DNA of 64,000 nucleotides, from the NCBI GenBank assembly GCA_028700625.1, contig JAQVSI010000002.1, forward strand, positions 3,276 to 67,275. Reading direction: 5' to 3'. The notes below the pieces were generated by a model. That model was given only the letters and a program-made list of their open reading frames with translations. It did no database searches and was not told the origin of the DNA. Positions within the stretch are counted from its first letter, which is position 1; each line of letters begins with the position of its first letter. Both the position numbers and the translations under genes were made by a program. The DNA is from Candidatus Shapirobacteria bacterium (GTDB taxonomy: Bacteria; Patescibacteriota; Microgenomatia; UBA12405). Positions 1 to 9,876 of the stretch are shown piece after piece.

Positions 1-441
1 TTTATCAGTTATATTTAAAATTAAATCTCCTGCTTTAACTCCAGCTTTCTCTGCTGGACTTTTTGGAAGTGGAGACACCACAGCCAAAGTCTTATCTTTA
101 TATCCCAAAGAAATACCAACTCCACCAAATTGACCAGCCAAATCCTCATTAGCACTCTTATTATCAGTTGGTGGTAAAAATACTGTATATGGATCATCAA
201 GAGCCGCTACCATTCCTTGAATAGCTCCATATTCCATATTTTTATCAATCATCTTGTCTTTTTCCAAAAAAGTCTGACTTAATTTATCTTTCACTTTCCA
301 CATTAAAGATAAATTTAACTTATTATTGCTACTTGTTATAACTCCAGCAGTATCCTTTCCAATTTTGAACCCAACCACAAAAACTACCGATAATAAGGCC
401 AAAATAACAAAAGTATTTCTTATATATTTAAAATTCATCAT
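1..441 (-). CDS. S41 family carboxy-terminal processing protease, 5' part (runs off window start)
   Basis: Manual translation: N-terminal TM then YGAIQGMVAALDDPYTVFLPP, GQFGGVGISLG and PDZ-like SPLPKSPAEKAGVKAGD. Confidence 0.85.
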   Translation of the reverse strand, partial: MMNFKYIRNTFVILALLSVVFVVGFKIGKDTAGVITSSNNKLNLSLMWKVKDKLSQTFLEKDKMIDKNMEYGAIQGMVAALDDPYTVFLPPTDNKSANEDLAGQFGGVGISLGYKDKTLAVVSPLPKSPAEKAGVKAGDLILNITDK

Positions 442-1188
442 TTATTCTAACACTAATAATAGTTTGTCCTTCAAGGCGTTTACTAACATTTTTCTTTCTT
501 TTCCCAGATTATTTTTCATAAAATCATTCCAAATTTGATCTTCCAGTCTTAATATAGGCAATTTAAGGTCTACTTCTTTTATATCTTTATTACCATTGAC
601 TATTACTGCCTTAACTCCAACCACTATTGCTTTAAACAAAAAAGCTTTATCTAAATTACTAGTAAACAAAACATTACCATCTAACTCATAATTCAAAAAC
701 TTAATTTCATCAATAATCTTAATTTTTCCTTGGCCCCAAGCTTTCAACCCAGTCAAACCCTCCCCTTTATATTCCTTAGCTTTAAATTCTAAAACCATTT
801 TTCCCTCTTCAATTTTGCTAACTCTAGCTTCAACTGGTGTAAAAATTTCTTTCTTTTCATCTTCAACCATCTCTATTATTAAGTTTCTAAATTCATCTAA
901 ACCTAAACATAAACCAGTAGCTGGAAAACAAACTTTATTTTTAAAAATTCCTAAAGTACAAAAAATATCACCAATTTTAACCATTTTATTTTTAAAGGAA
1001 TTGTTTAAATCTTCTCTTACATCATCACTTATAGAAAATAACTTACCACTATAATCAAAAGTCTCAACTTTATGACTATTAAAAACTGCCAATTTATCCC
1101 CAACCTCAACTCTATCTCCAACTTTAACTAATATTTTAGCCTTAGTCGGTAATTTAATTACCCAAATAGATTTATCTTTTAACCTCAT
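442..1188 (-). CDS. Hypothetical protein with N-terminal biotinyl/lipoyl-like motif
   Basis: 248-aa ORF; ILVKVGDRVEVGDKLA motif; TATAAT 7 nt upstream of ATG. Confidence 0.6.
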   Translation of the reverse strand: MRLKDKSIWVIKLPTKAKILVKVGDRVEVGDKLAVFNSHKVETFDYSGKLFSISDDVREDLNNSFKNKMVKIGDIFCTLGIFKNKVCFPATGLCLGLDEFRNLIIEMVEDEKKEIFTPVEARVSKIEEGKMVLEFKAKEYKGEGLTGLKAWGQGKIKIIDEIKFLNYELDGNVLFTSNLDKAFLFKAIVVGVKAVIVNGNKDIKEVDLKLPILRLEDQIWNDFMKNNLGKERKMLVNALKDKLLLVLE

Positions 1189-1203
1189 CTTTTAATTATA
1201 ACC

Positions 1204-1228
1204 AAAAAACCCCGCCAACGCGGGGTTT
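1204..1228 (-). terminator. Intrinsic terminator after rpsR
   Basis: Minus strand aaaccccgc-gttg-gcggggtttttt. Confidence 0.8.
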
Positions 1229-1245
1229 AAAATTTTAAAGGGGTT

Positions 1246-1497
1246 TTACTTGGTAGTAAAAGGCATCAAGGCTAAATGTCTAGCTTGTTTAATCGCCTTT
1301 ACTAATTTTCTTTGATGTTTAGAACAAACTCCACTAAATTGAGATCCTAAAATTCTAGATCTAGCCGATAAAAATTCCATCATTTTTTCATATTCTTGCC
1401 AAACAGGAGTAGTATTTGTTTTACAATAAGAACAACCTTTTTCTCGACCTCTTCTTTTTGCTGCTAATATATTATCTCTTTTGCTTTTTTTAATCAT
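1246..1497 (-). CDS. rpsR: 30S ribosomal protein S18 (Zn-ligand type)
   Basis: CSYC, GVCSKHQRKLVKAIKQARHLALMPF; rpsF-ssb-rpsR order. Confidence 0.95.
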   Translation of the reverse strand: MIKKSKRDNILAAKRRGREKGCSYCKTNTTPVWQEYEKMMEFLSARSRILGSQFSGVCSKHQRKLVKAIKQARHLALMPFTTK

Positions 1498-1506
1498 ATT
1501 TTCTCC

Positions 1507-2025
1507 TTAAAAAGGCATTTCGTCAGCCTTTTTATCCTCAACGGGTTCAGTAACAGGAATTTCTCCTAAATCATCAGGAATAATAATATCTTCAATTGGA
1601 GTATCTTTACCTTCTGTTACTATTGGCAGTTCAGCTTCACCACCACCTAAATCACCAGAAACATTGTTTTCATGATCTCCACCATTACCTTTATTATCAA
1701 GAATTATCATATCATCAATTATAATTTCAGCGATTTGTTTTTTGTTATTTTCTTGATCCATAAAATCTCTATATTGGATCCTTCCATCAACATAAACTCT
1801 TCGACCTTTGGATAAAAGTTGTGAACAAAGTTCAGCTAGTTTATTCCAAGCCACAATTCGGTGAAATTGAGCATCTTCTTTTCTTTCACCTTGTTTAGTA
1901 ACCCAAACTCGATTGGTAGCCAGACCAAAAGAAACCACAGCCATACCAGCTGGGGTATATCTTAATTCTGGATCACGAGTTAAATTACCAATTAACATTA
2001 CTCTGTTTAGACATCTACTTGGCAT
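1507..2025 (-). CDS. ssb: Single-stranded DNA-binding protein
   Basis: NRVMLIGNLTRDPELRYT; acidic tail ending DEMPF. Confidence 0.97.
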   Translation of the reverse strand: MPSRCLNRVMLIGNLTRDPELRYTPAGMAVVSFGLATNRVWVTKQGERKEDAQFHRIVAWNKLAELCSQLLSKGRRVYVDGRIQYRDFMDQENNKKQIAEIIIDDMIILDNKGNGGDHENNVSGDLGGGEAELPIVTEGKDTPIEDIIIPDDLGEIPVTEPVEDKKADEMPF

Positions 2026-2037
2026 AGTTTTTTCCTC

Positions 2038-2328
2038 TTACTTTTTTAAAATTAAATAACGAATAATATTTGTTTCTCTATCTAACAAAAGATTAAATTC
2101 TTTTACTTTTAAAGATTCTTTAGAATCCACATCTAAAACCCAAAAATCACCCTTAGTATTATCTTCTATTTCATAAGCTAAATCTTTAATACCCATATGA
2201 TCTTTATTAGAGATCTCTGCTTTTCTACTTTCTAACCAAGAATAAGCTTTATTTAAAACTTTTTCCTTGTCTTCGGTTTTCAAACTTAAAACCAAAATGA
2301 TTTGATATTGATGTTTATTTCCTTTCAT
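2038..2328 (-). CDS. rpsF: 30S ribosomal protein S6
   Basis: GIKDLAYEI, IIRYLI; synteny with ssb and rpsR. Confidence 0.9.
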   Translation of the reverse strand: MKGNKHQYQIILVLSLKTEDKEKVLNKAYSWLESRKAEISNKDHMGIKDLAYEIEDNTKGDFWVLDVDSKESLKVKEFNLLLDRETNIIRYLILKK

Positions 2329-2366
2329 GGACTAATTAGATTAACATATTGAACGTAATTTGACAA

Positions 2367-3728
2367 TTACTTTATTGGTCTTATTTTACAGGTATTTCCT
2401 AAATCTTCAACTAGATAACCCTTATTTTTGATAATTTTCCTCAACCTGTCAGACTCTGCCCAATTTTTAGTCTCTCTAGCTTTTTGCCTATCTTCAATTA
2501 ATTTAGCAATTTCATCTGAAATCTGAAAACTAACATCTGAGACCTCACTCAAGTTTAATCCTAAAACCTTATCAAAATCTAAAATAGTTGCCCATTTTTC
2601 TTCTGGATTTAAATCTGATTTAATCACCTTCCAAACTATCGCCATAGCCTCTGGCATTGCTAAATCATTAGAAATGGCCTCAACAAATTCATTTTTAAAA
2701 TCTAAATTCACTTGAGAAATTTGATCCGTTTTATAACTTCTTAATTTATTTAATGCTGTTTTAGCTGCTTTCAAAGACTCCAAAGAAAAAACTAAACCAT
2801 TTCTATAATGACTACTCAAAACCAAATATCTAAAAAATAAAGGATCATAACCCATCTCTTCAAGCTGTTGAATTGTATAAACATTTCCCAAAGATTTACT
2901 CATTTTTCCTTCTTTAAGGGTTAACCAAGCATTATGCACCCAAAATTTTGCCGTATTATGACCAAAAGCCCCAAAACCTTGAGCTATTTCATTAGAATGA
3001 TGAACCCCAATATGTTCAATTCCACCAGTATGAATATCAAAAGTTTCACCTAAATACTTTGTTGACATAGCAGTACATTCCAAATGCCAACCTGGAAAAC
3101 CTTCACCCCAAGGACTTTGCCATTTCATAATATGATTTGGTTGATTGGTGATCCAAAGCAAAAAATCCCATGGATTTTTTTTATCTTCATCAACTTCAAC
3201 TCGTGATCCAGATTCCAGCTCTTCCAATCTCAAATTAGCAAATTTATCATAATCAGAAAATTTTGAAGTATCAAAAACTAAACCAGTTTTAGTTTTATAA
3301 GTAAATCCCCTCTTTTCCAATTTTTTAGCCAAATTAATTTGCTCTTCAATATGCTCAGTTGCTTTTGGTAAAAAATTAGGAGTAATTATGTTTAATTTAT
3401 CTAGACTATCTATAAATTGTTCTTCATATTTCTTAGCAATTTCCCAAGATGTTAAACCTTCTCTTTTTGCCCCTTTTTCCATTTTATCTTCACCGCTATC
3501 AGCATCTGAAGTATTGTGTCCAACATCAGTTATATTCATCACCCAAGTAACATCATAATCTAAATACCTTAAAACTCTAACTAAAATATCCCAACTTAAA
3601 AAAGCATACATATTTCCAATATGCTGATTCCAATAAACTGTTGGTCCACATGAATAGATACCCACTTTATTTTCTTTTATTGGCTTAAACTCTTGTTTTT
3701 CTCTAACTAAAGTATTATAAAGTTTCAT
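2367..3728 (-). CDS. cysS: Cysteine--tRNA ligase
   Basis: CGPTVY, HIGN, PGWHLEC, KMSKS. Confidence 0.97.
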   Translation of the reverse strand: MKLYNTLVREKQEFKPIKENKVGIYSCGPTVYWNQHIGNMYAFLSWDILVRVLRYLDYDVTWVMNITDVGHNTSDADSGEDKMEKGAKREGLTSWEIAKKYEEQFIDSLDKLNIITPNFLPKATEHIEEQINLAKKLEKRGFTYKTKTGLVFDTSKFSDYDKFANLRLEELESGSRVEVDEDKKNPWDFLLWITNQPNHIMKWQSPWGEGFPGWHLECTAMSTKYLGETFDIHTGGIEHIGVHHSNEIAQGFGAFGHNTAKFWVHNAWLTLKEGKMSKSLGNVYTIQQLEEMGYDPLFFRYLVLSSHYRNGLVFSLESLKAAKTALNKLRSYKTDQISQVNLDFKNEFVEAISNDLAMPEAMAIVWKVIKSDLNPEEKWATILDFDKVLGLNLSEVSDVSFQISDEIAKLIEDRQKARETKNWAESDRLRKIIKNKGYLVEDLGNTCKIRPIK

Positions 3729-3731
3729 CTT

Positions 3732-4214
3732 TTAATCTATTTTACCCTTAAACTCAGCTGTTTGCGACATTTGGCTTTGGTCTGGTTGTTGGGTTTTTCT
3801 TTTATTACCACCCTTATCTTTATGATGCTTATTAGAATTTCCCATCATTTCATCATAGTTAGCAATTTGTTCTTGTCTTTCCACCTCTCTTTGTTTCCTT
3901 AAATTTTCTAAAAAATTTCTTTCTTTTTCTTCCTCTTCTTGTTTCTTTTGATTGGATATTTGTTTAATTTCGCCTTCTATATTTCTTCCAGATATCCGAG
4001 ATCTGACATCTGATATCTCTTTTTGTTTCTTTCTTTCCTCTTCAGCTTTTTTTTGAGCCATTTCTTGTTCACTTAATGGCTTAATATCACCTAAAAGTTC
4101 CTGGGCTGTGATTACAGATTCGGCAATTTTTCCAGTTTCTTCAATCAACTTTTCCACTGTCTCCTGACCTAGTTGTTTCATCCCTTTCCCAAAATCTTTT
4201 ATTATCTGATTCAT
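3732..4214 (-). CDS. Hypothetical coiled-coil, charged protein
   Basis: 160-aa ORF between recR and cysS, same strand. Confidence 0.65.
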   Translation of the reverse strand: MNQIIKDFGKGMKQLGQETVEKLIEETGKIAESVITAQELLGDIKPLSEQEMAQKKAEEERKKQKEISDVRSRISGRNIEGEIKQISNQKKQEEEEKERNFLENLRKQREVERQEQIANYDEMMGNSNKHHKDKGGNKRKTQQPDQSQMSQTAEFKGKID

Positions 4215-4220
4215 AATTTA

Positions 4221-4844
4221 TTATATCTCCCTCCTTCCATCCATAGCTCGGCTCAAAGTTGCCTGATCAGCATACTCTAAATCTGCTCCCATCGGTAAAC
4301 CACTCCCAATTCTTGAAATTTTTAAATTTTTACCCTGTAAATTTTCTAATTTTTTCTTAATATACAAAGCAGTAGCTTCACCTTCCATAGTCGGATTTGT
4401 CGCCAGGATTACTTCTATTTGATCATTAGAAATTAGAAATTGATTATTTACTCTTTTAATCAATTCATCAATTTTCAAATCATCTGGTCCTATGTGTTCT
4501 AAAGGATTAACCACCCCACCTAAAACATGATAAACACCTTTAAACCCTCCAATATTTTCAATTGCCACCACATCAATTGCTCTTTCAACCACACAGATAA
4601 TTTTTTTATTTCTTTGTGAATCTTCACAAATTGAACAAATTTCTCCTTCACAAACCGAAAAACATTCTTTACAAATCTTTACTTCTTTTTTTATTGCCAA
4701 AAGAGATCTAGCAATTTCCGAAACATAAGACTCTGGGGTATTTATTAAATAAAAAACCAATCTGCTTGCACTCTTCGGTCCAATACCCGGCAATCTTTCA
4801 AAAGCCGAAATTAAATTATTGATACTTTTTGGTAATTCCGCCAT
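4221..4844 (-). CDS. recR: Recombination mediator RecR
   Basis: LPGIGPKSA, C4 zinc finger, ATNPTMEGEATA; start moved to MAELPK. Confidence 0.96.
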   Translation of the reverse strand: MAELPKSINNLISAFERLPGIGPKSASRLVFYLINTPESYVSEIARSLLAIKKEVKICKECFSVCEGEICSICEDSQRNKKIICVVERAIDVVAIENIGGFKGVYHVLGGVVNPLEHIGPDDLKIDELIKRVNNQFLISNDQIEVILATNPTMEGEATALYIKKKLENLQGKNLKISRIGSGLPMGADLEYADQATLSRAMDGRREI

Positions 4845-4866
4845 TTTGGATATTAGAAATTGGAAA

Positions 4867-5115
4867 TTAAAAAAGTCCCTCAAGCCCTCCCATATCCTTC
4901 ATTCTTTTAGCAGCCATTTCTTGAGATTTTTTCATTGTTTTATTAATAGTGTCAATTAAAATTTTATTTTCAACCCCATTTACTGATAAAAATTTAAGTT
5001 TTTGATCACCAGTTACAATCACCTTAATTCCATTTTCTTCAAGTTCAATCGATTCAGCTTCAATTGCTTTTTTCAATTTATAAGCCTGTGCTAACATTTT
5101 TGTTTTATCAAACAT
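4867..5115 (-). CDS. YbaB/EbfC family nucleoid-associated protein
   Basis: dnaX-ybaB-recR synteny; GIKVIVTGDQKL; ends MGGLEGLF. Confidence 0.85.
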   Translation of the reverse strand: MFDKTKMLAQAYKLKKAIEAESIELEENGIKVIVTGDQKLKFLSVNGVENKILIDTINKTMKKSQEMAAKRMKDMGGLEGLF

Positions 5116-5201
5116 AATTTAAATTAACTTTTAATAAACCTATTATAACTTATAAAAGCCTCCCATTTTTCAAGGAGAGGTGCTCGAAGGACGGAGGGGT
5201 T

Positions 5202-6749
5202 TTAACCAAAGATTTCTTTCGCCACATCATAAATATCTCCACCACCAGATTCACTTTTATTTTCCACAAATTGATCGCTCACATTTTCCATTGGAGTATC
5301 ATTTTTAATGACTAAAGGTTCTTTTTTATTTTTTCCCAAGACACATTCAAAACACAAATCAACTCCAAAAACTTTTGTCATACAGTCTTCTACTATTTTT
5401 CTATTTTTTGCTTCTTCCAATCTGTCTTTATGAAAGGGATAAAAAACTTCTAAAAGTAAGATTTTTCCTTTAATTGAACGTGGTCTAGATGCTCTCAAAA
5501 ACGCTTCTACTGAATGATTATAAGGTTTAATTGTCGTCAATAAATTTCTCCATTTCTCCTTAACTTTTTCAACCTCAATCGAACAATTTTTCATTTGTAC
5601 GGGCGTATTACAATACGCCTCTTCAGCTAAAACCTTCACTTCTTCTGTCTTTTCATCTGAGATCTGAGATCTGAAATCTGAAATATCGGGTTTGATATCT
5701 GAGATCTGAGATCTTTTTTGTCCCACAAACTCAACAACTGCCAATTCTAATGGCAACTGATCTATTTCTACTTCTTTTTCTTGTTTAGATGCTTTAACTA
5801 ATAAGTTTATAAAAAATTCAGATTCACTCAAATTTAAACCATTCTGGTTTTCAGAACCCAAACCATAAAAAGATAAAATTTTCTTTTGAAAAAAATTCAT
5901 TAATTTTAATCTAAAACTAGAAAAATCAATTCCCTCTGTTGCCATCTTTTCTAATTTTTCCAAAATTAATTTAATTTCACCTTTATCCAAATCTTTATCG
6001 AAATCTTCTTCACTATAATTACCACTCTTATCCAAATAAAACTTAAAAACTTCCTCTGACTTTAATTTTTTTCCCAACTGCAAATATAATTCATTAAAAT
6101 TTCTCTGCAAATTTCTAAAACTACCATCACTCTTTTCTATAATAAAATCAACTGCCTCCTTAGCAATTTCAATTCCTTCTCCATCAATAATTTTTTTAAG
6201 TGAATTATTTAAAGCATCTTTTCCACCTTTTCTAAAGTCAACCCTTACTAACCTCGATAATACTGTTTCAGGGATTTTTTCGGCATCAGTAGTGCACAAA
6301 ACAAAAATTGTATGTTTAGGCGGTTCCTCAATTAACTTTAGAAGTGCATTAAAAGCATCTTTAGTTAACATATGAACTTCGTCAATAATAAAAACTTTTT
6401 TAGTTAACTTACTTGGTAATAAATAAGCTTTATCTTTTAAACTTCGAACATCTTCAATTCCTCGGTTTGATGCTCCATCCATTTCAATAACATCCATCGC
6501 TGAACCTTTTAATATTTCTTTACAATTATCACATTTTCCACAAGGCTCGCCATCTTTCAAATCATTACAATTAGTTGCTCTGGCCAAAATTCTGGCTGCT
6601 GATGTTTTTCCCGATCCCTTTGGTCCAGAAAATAAAAAAGATTGAGGTACATCTTTAGCTGATAAAAATTTCTTCAAACTAATTGCCACATCGGTCAAAT
6701 CCAAATCTGAAAACTTAATTGGTCTATATTTTAAGTGAAAAACTGACAT
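5202..6749 (-). CDS. dnaX: DNA polymerase III subunit gamma/tau
   Basis: KYRP, GPKGSGKTS, IIDEVHML, FNALLKLIEEPP. Confidence 0.96.
   Translation of the reverse strand: MSVFHLKYRPIKFSDLDLTDVAISLKKFLSAKDVPQSFLFSGPKGSGKTSAARILARATNCNDLKDGEPCGKCDNCKEILKGSAMDVIEMDGASNRGIEDVRSLKDKAYLLPSKLTKKVFIIDEVHMLTKDAFNALLKLIEEPPKHTIFVLCTTDAEKIPETVLSRLVRVDFRKGGKDALNNSLKKIIDGEGIEIAKEAVDFIIEKSDGSFRNLQRNFNELYLQLGKKLKSEEVFKFYLDKSGNYSEEDFDKDLDKGEIKLILEKLEKMATEGIDFSSFRLKLMNFFQKKILSFYGLGSENQNGLNLSESEFFINLLVKASKQEKEVEIDQLPLELAVVEFVGQKRSQISDIKPDISDFRSQISDEKTEEVKVLAEEAYCNTPVQMKNCSIEVEKVKEKWRNLLTTIKPYNHSVEAFLRASRPRSIKGKILLLEVFYPFHKDRLEEAKNRKIVEDCMTKVFGVDLCFECVLGKNKKEPLVIKNDTPMENVSDQFVENKSESGGGDIYDVAKEIFG
5654..5714. repeat. 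Heptamer tandem array (consensus GATCTGA) inside dnaX
   Basis: catctga gatctga gatctga aatctga aatatcg ggtttga tatctga gatctga gatct. Confidence 0.85.
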
Positions 6750-6798
6750 CAAAAGATTAAACCAAAATAGCTAATCTTTTACAATAATCGTAAGTGTA

Positions 6799-7161
6799 TC
6801 ATTTCAATAAATTTTCAACACCATGAATCAGCCAACTGTATAAAACAGTATCTAAATTCGACTTTTGAAATTTAATTTCGTACTTTAATTTTTGAGTGCA
6901 AATTACAATATCCCCCAATCTAATTTTCCCATCAGCATCCATTTTTTTTGACATAGGAAATCCTAAAACTTGAGGAATATAATCCATTTTTCGATAGTTA
7001 ATATTTAGATCACGAGCAACTTTTCTTCCCACAAATCTAATACTCAATTCCACATCTTTTATAAATCCTTTTTCTTTTAAAGCTTTAATAGCTAATCTCT
7101 CAATTAAATTCTTATCCAATCCAAAATTCTTATTATTATTTATTAAAATTATATTATCCAT
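6799..7161 (-). CDS. ybeY: YbeY-like rRNA maturation protein with truncated metal motif
   Basis: LNINYRKMD..VLGFP, LGDIVIC; ends LIHGVENLLK. Confidence 0.75.
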   Translation of the reverse strand: MDNIILINNNKNFGLDKNLIERLAIKALKEKGFIKDVELSIRFVGRKVARDLNINYRKMDYIPQVLGFPMSKKMDADGKIRLGDIVICTQKLKYEIKFQKSNLDTVLYSWLIHGVENLLK

Positions 7162-7167
7162 TTTTTT

Positions 7168-7195
7168 GTACGGGCGTATTGCAATACGCCCCTAC
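7168..7195. repeat. GTAG-type REP palindrome (other copies 5597, 13216, 24714; variant 25438)
   Basis: Minus strand GTAG-GGGCGTATT-GC-AATACGCCC-GTAC. Confidence 0.88.
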
Positions 7196-7630
7196 CTATA
7201 TATTTTCTATTTTTTCTTTTACAATTTTTGAAATTAATCCACCATCCACTGTTCCACCAGTTTTAATCATCACTTCTTTCATAACAAATCCAAAATTATT
7301 CCCCTTATCTATTATCGCTTGGTTTACAATTTCTCTAACTTTTTCTTCACTGATATCTTCTGGTAAATATTCTTTAACTACTAAAATTTCATAATCTAAT
7401 TCGTCAACTAAATCTTGCCTGCCGCCTTTTAAAAACATTTCTCTTGATTCTTCCTTATTTTTTAATTCTTTTCTCAAAACCATCATCTCCTCAGCTTCTG
7501 TCAAAGCTCCGGGTGGCAGTTGTAATTCTTTTTTATCAATCAATGAAATCAAAAATCGCAACACATCCACCCGCTTATTATCACGGTTCTTCAACGCATT
7601 AAAACTATCTTGTTTTAATTTATTTCGCAT
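7196..7630 (-). CDS. GatB/YqeY domain protein
   Basis: ALKNRD..VLR, GRQDL, YLPE, GFVMK; follows rpsU. Confidence 0.9.
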   Translation of the reverse strand: MRNKLKQDSFNALKNRDNKRVDVLRFLISLIDKKELQLPPGALTEAEEMMVLRKELKNKEESREMFLKGGRQDLVDELDYEILVVKEYLPEDISEEKVREIVNQAIIDKGNNFGFVMKEVMIKTGGTVDGGLISKIVKEKIENI

Positions 7631-7838
7631 CGTGTCTCCTAGAATTTTTTGCTTTTCGGCGACATTTATCTCGCCAAACAATTATTTTCTTTTTAGCATA
7701 TCTTTCTTCCGAAGGTTTAACATAAGAAGTTCTTTTTCTAACTTCCTCAGTAATATCCTCTTCCAAACAAAGTCTCCTAAATTTACCTATAATATCGTCT
7801 TTTGATTCTCCTTTATTTTTCTTTACTATAATTGGCAT
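7620..7838 (-). CDS. rpsU: 30S ribosomal protein S21
   Basis: GESKD..KFRR, EVRKR..YVKPSE; rpsU-yqeY synteny. Confidence 0.85.
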   Translation of the reverse strand: MPIIVKKNKGESKDDIIGKFRRLCLEEDITEEVRKRTSYVKPSEERYAKKKIIVWRDKCRRKAKNSRRHDAK

Positions 7839-7880
7839 TAAAAATTCACACCTCCTTTAATTAAAAGTTCCTTATTTTAC

Positions 7881-8573
7881 CTATAATTTACTATCTTGTA
7901 AACACTTTATTCTATCCATACTATTTGTTATTGGTAGGTTATTATAAGTACCACCAATTTGGCATTTGTCTACATTTGATGGGGTGACTGTTCCTTTTGA
8001 ACAAGAAATATAGTCTATACTGTTAACAACTCCATCTTTATTATAATCAGTTGTTTTGTCACAAGTAGAAGTATTATTAGTAGTTGTTGATGAAGAAGCC
8101 ACAGGTGCTAATGTTGTAACTGGATTAATTAGTGCTACAGTTGGAACCGGTGTTTCACTAGAAACAACTTCTGAAACCTCACCTTTAGTCTTAAAGCTAT
8201 ACATCATTCCCCCATTGTCAAAAACATTATCACTATCGACCACAATTTTATAATAGTAAGAAGTGTTACTTCTTAAATTAGTTAACAAAATATTGTGATT
8301 AATAGTTGGTTCAACATCTTCTGCCATTAAAAGTAAACTAGCCATATTTGTTCCGTAAAAAATCGAAGCTTTAATCGATTTATCTGTTATCCACGAAATT
8401 GTAGCCGTCTTGCCATCTTCACTAGGAACATTCGTTAAATTCTGAGGTTCGTAACCAGCAATAGCTCCACTCATAAAAGTTTTAGCCACATTCAAACCCA
8501 AAACAGACAAAATTATGACCAAAATCAAAATAGCAAAAATTATAACTGTCTTTAAACTAACTTTTCCCTTCAT
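7881..8573 (-). CDS. Membrane-anchored FN3/purple-acid-phosphatase-N-like protein with C-terminal dockerin-like motif
   Basis: N-terminal TM; ATISWITD..HNILLTNLRSNTSYYYKI; DYNKDGVVNSIDY. Confidence 0.75.
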   Translation of the reverse strand: MKGKVSLKTVIIFAILILVIILSVLGLNVAKTFMSGAIAGYEPQNLTNVPSEDGKTATISWITDKSIKASIFYGTNMASLLLMAEDVEPTINHNILLTNLRSNTSYYYKIVVDSDNVFDNGGMMYSFKTKGEVSEVVSSETPVPTVALINPVTTLAPVASSSTTTNNTSTCDKTTDYNKDGVVNSIDYISCSKGTVTPSNVDKCQIGGTYNNLPITNSMDRIKCLQDSKL

Positions 8574-9253
8574 AAGAATTTTAAAAATAAAGCTGAAAGT
8601 ATACTAACAGCTCCAAAGACAATCAAACCAACAGTTGAAGCAATTCCTCCAGTCTGTGGTAATTCAGTTGTAGTTGCAGCAGGGGTAGTTGTTGGTGTCG
8701 AACTAGTAGTGGTACCAATTGTGCTATTTATCGTATAAGACCCGCTTCCATTAGCTGAACAAACAATAATGTCTTTAATTGGTGTTGTCTGAACGATATT
8801 TGAATCAGATGGTTGACCGTTACAAGTATAACTAACAATAGCCGTACCAGCTGCTTTTGCCTTAAAAGTAATAACCATTAAATTTCCATTTACCACTTCA
8901 TCACCAGCCGTCATTGAAGAATTACAACTTGCCGAAAATTTTCCAACAGGCCATTCATCTTGTTTATTAAAAGAACAAGATCCTCCAGTTGTTGTTTTAT
9001 TAAAAGCCATAGAAGTCGCTGTTTCTATTTTTGTTATTTCCAATTTAGTAGAATCAAAAGTTCCAATCATATCAACAGCTCCTGCTACTTGACCAGCTGA
9101 ATCAATCAACATGGTTACCGTAAAAGTATCATTAAGATTATATGTCCCTGTTGCAGGAGAAAAAGAAAGATTAGGATCAACTGCAGCTACAACATTACCC
9201 GACATCAACAAAAATGCCGCTGCTAAAAATAAATTCAATACTGTCTTTTTCAT
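8570..9253 (-). CDS. Cohesin-like domain protein with LPXTG sorting signal
   Basis: Signal peptide; LSFSPATGTYNLNDTFTV..FDSTKLE..ITFKAKAAGTA; Thr linker; LPQTG then TM. Confidence 0.75.
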   Translation of the reverse strand: MKKTVLNLFLAAAFLLMSGNVVAAVDPNLSFSPATGTYNLNDTFTVTMLIDSAGQVAGAVDMIGTFDSTKLEITKIETATSMAFNKTTTGGSCSFNKQDEWPVGKFSASCNSSMTAGDEVVNGNLMVITFKAKAAGTAIVSYTCNGQPSDSNIVQTTPIKDIIVCSANGSGSYTINSTIGTTTSSTPTTTPAATTTELPQTGGIASTVGLIVFGAVSILSALFLKFL

Positions 9254-9255
9254 TT

Positions 9256-9861
9256 TTACTTAATTACATTAATTTCTAACTGATTACTAGCAAAAGGCAA
9301 AGCCTTAGCTGAAGTATTCTCTACAAATAGAGTAACAAATTTCTTATCTTCATTACCAGTAGCAACTTCAAACTTATATAAGCCAACTGTTTTTGCTTTA
9401 ACATCAAAACTAACTAAATTTACTAAATCATCAACATTAAAAGTAATTCCTTGTTTAGTCTCGATTAAATATTTAACCACAATCATTCCATCTTCTTTCA
9501 CTACCTTACCAATAATAGGTTTTTCTAATTTATCATCAAAAATCAATCCGCTAATCTCTAAATTCTTAGAATCATATTTGATTGCAATGTCTATTGCGTC
9601 TAAACTTTTCTTTTCTTTAACTAAAGCTTGTAATTTAATTTGATAATTTTTGCCAATTTTCATTTCTTTAGCATCTGTAACAAAAGACAAATCGAAATAA
9701 TTTTCATTTTTAACCTCTTGAATAATTTCATTTTTTTCAGCAATTACATCTGATGTAACAGTTTTCTTTTCTAGATTAGAAACCAGCATTATGCTTTCAA
9801 AAATAACTACTACAGCTATAACCGGTATTAAAGTTTTTAACATTTTGTTATTTGTTTCCAT
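9256..9861 (-). CDS. Membrane-anchored cohesin-like protein
   Basis: N-terminal TM; LDAIDIAIKYDSKNLEI..VSFDVKAKTVG. Confidence 0.6.
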   Translation of the reverse strand: METNNKMLKTLIPVIAVVVIFESIMLVSNLEKKTVTSDVIAEKNEIIQEVKNENYFDLSFVTDAKEMKIGKNYQIKLQALVKEKKSLDAIDIAIKYDSKNLEISGLIFDDKLEKPIIGKVVKEDGMIVVKYLIETKQGITFNVDDLVNLVSFDVKAKTVGLYKFEVATGNEDKKFVTLFVENTSAKALPFASNQLEINVIK

Positions 9862-9876
9862 TTTTTTAAATAATTT

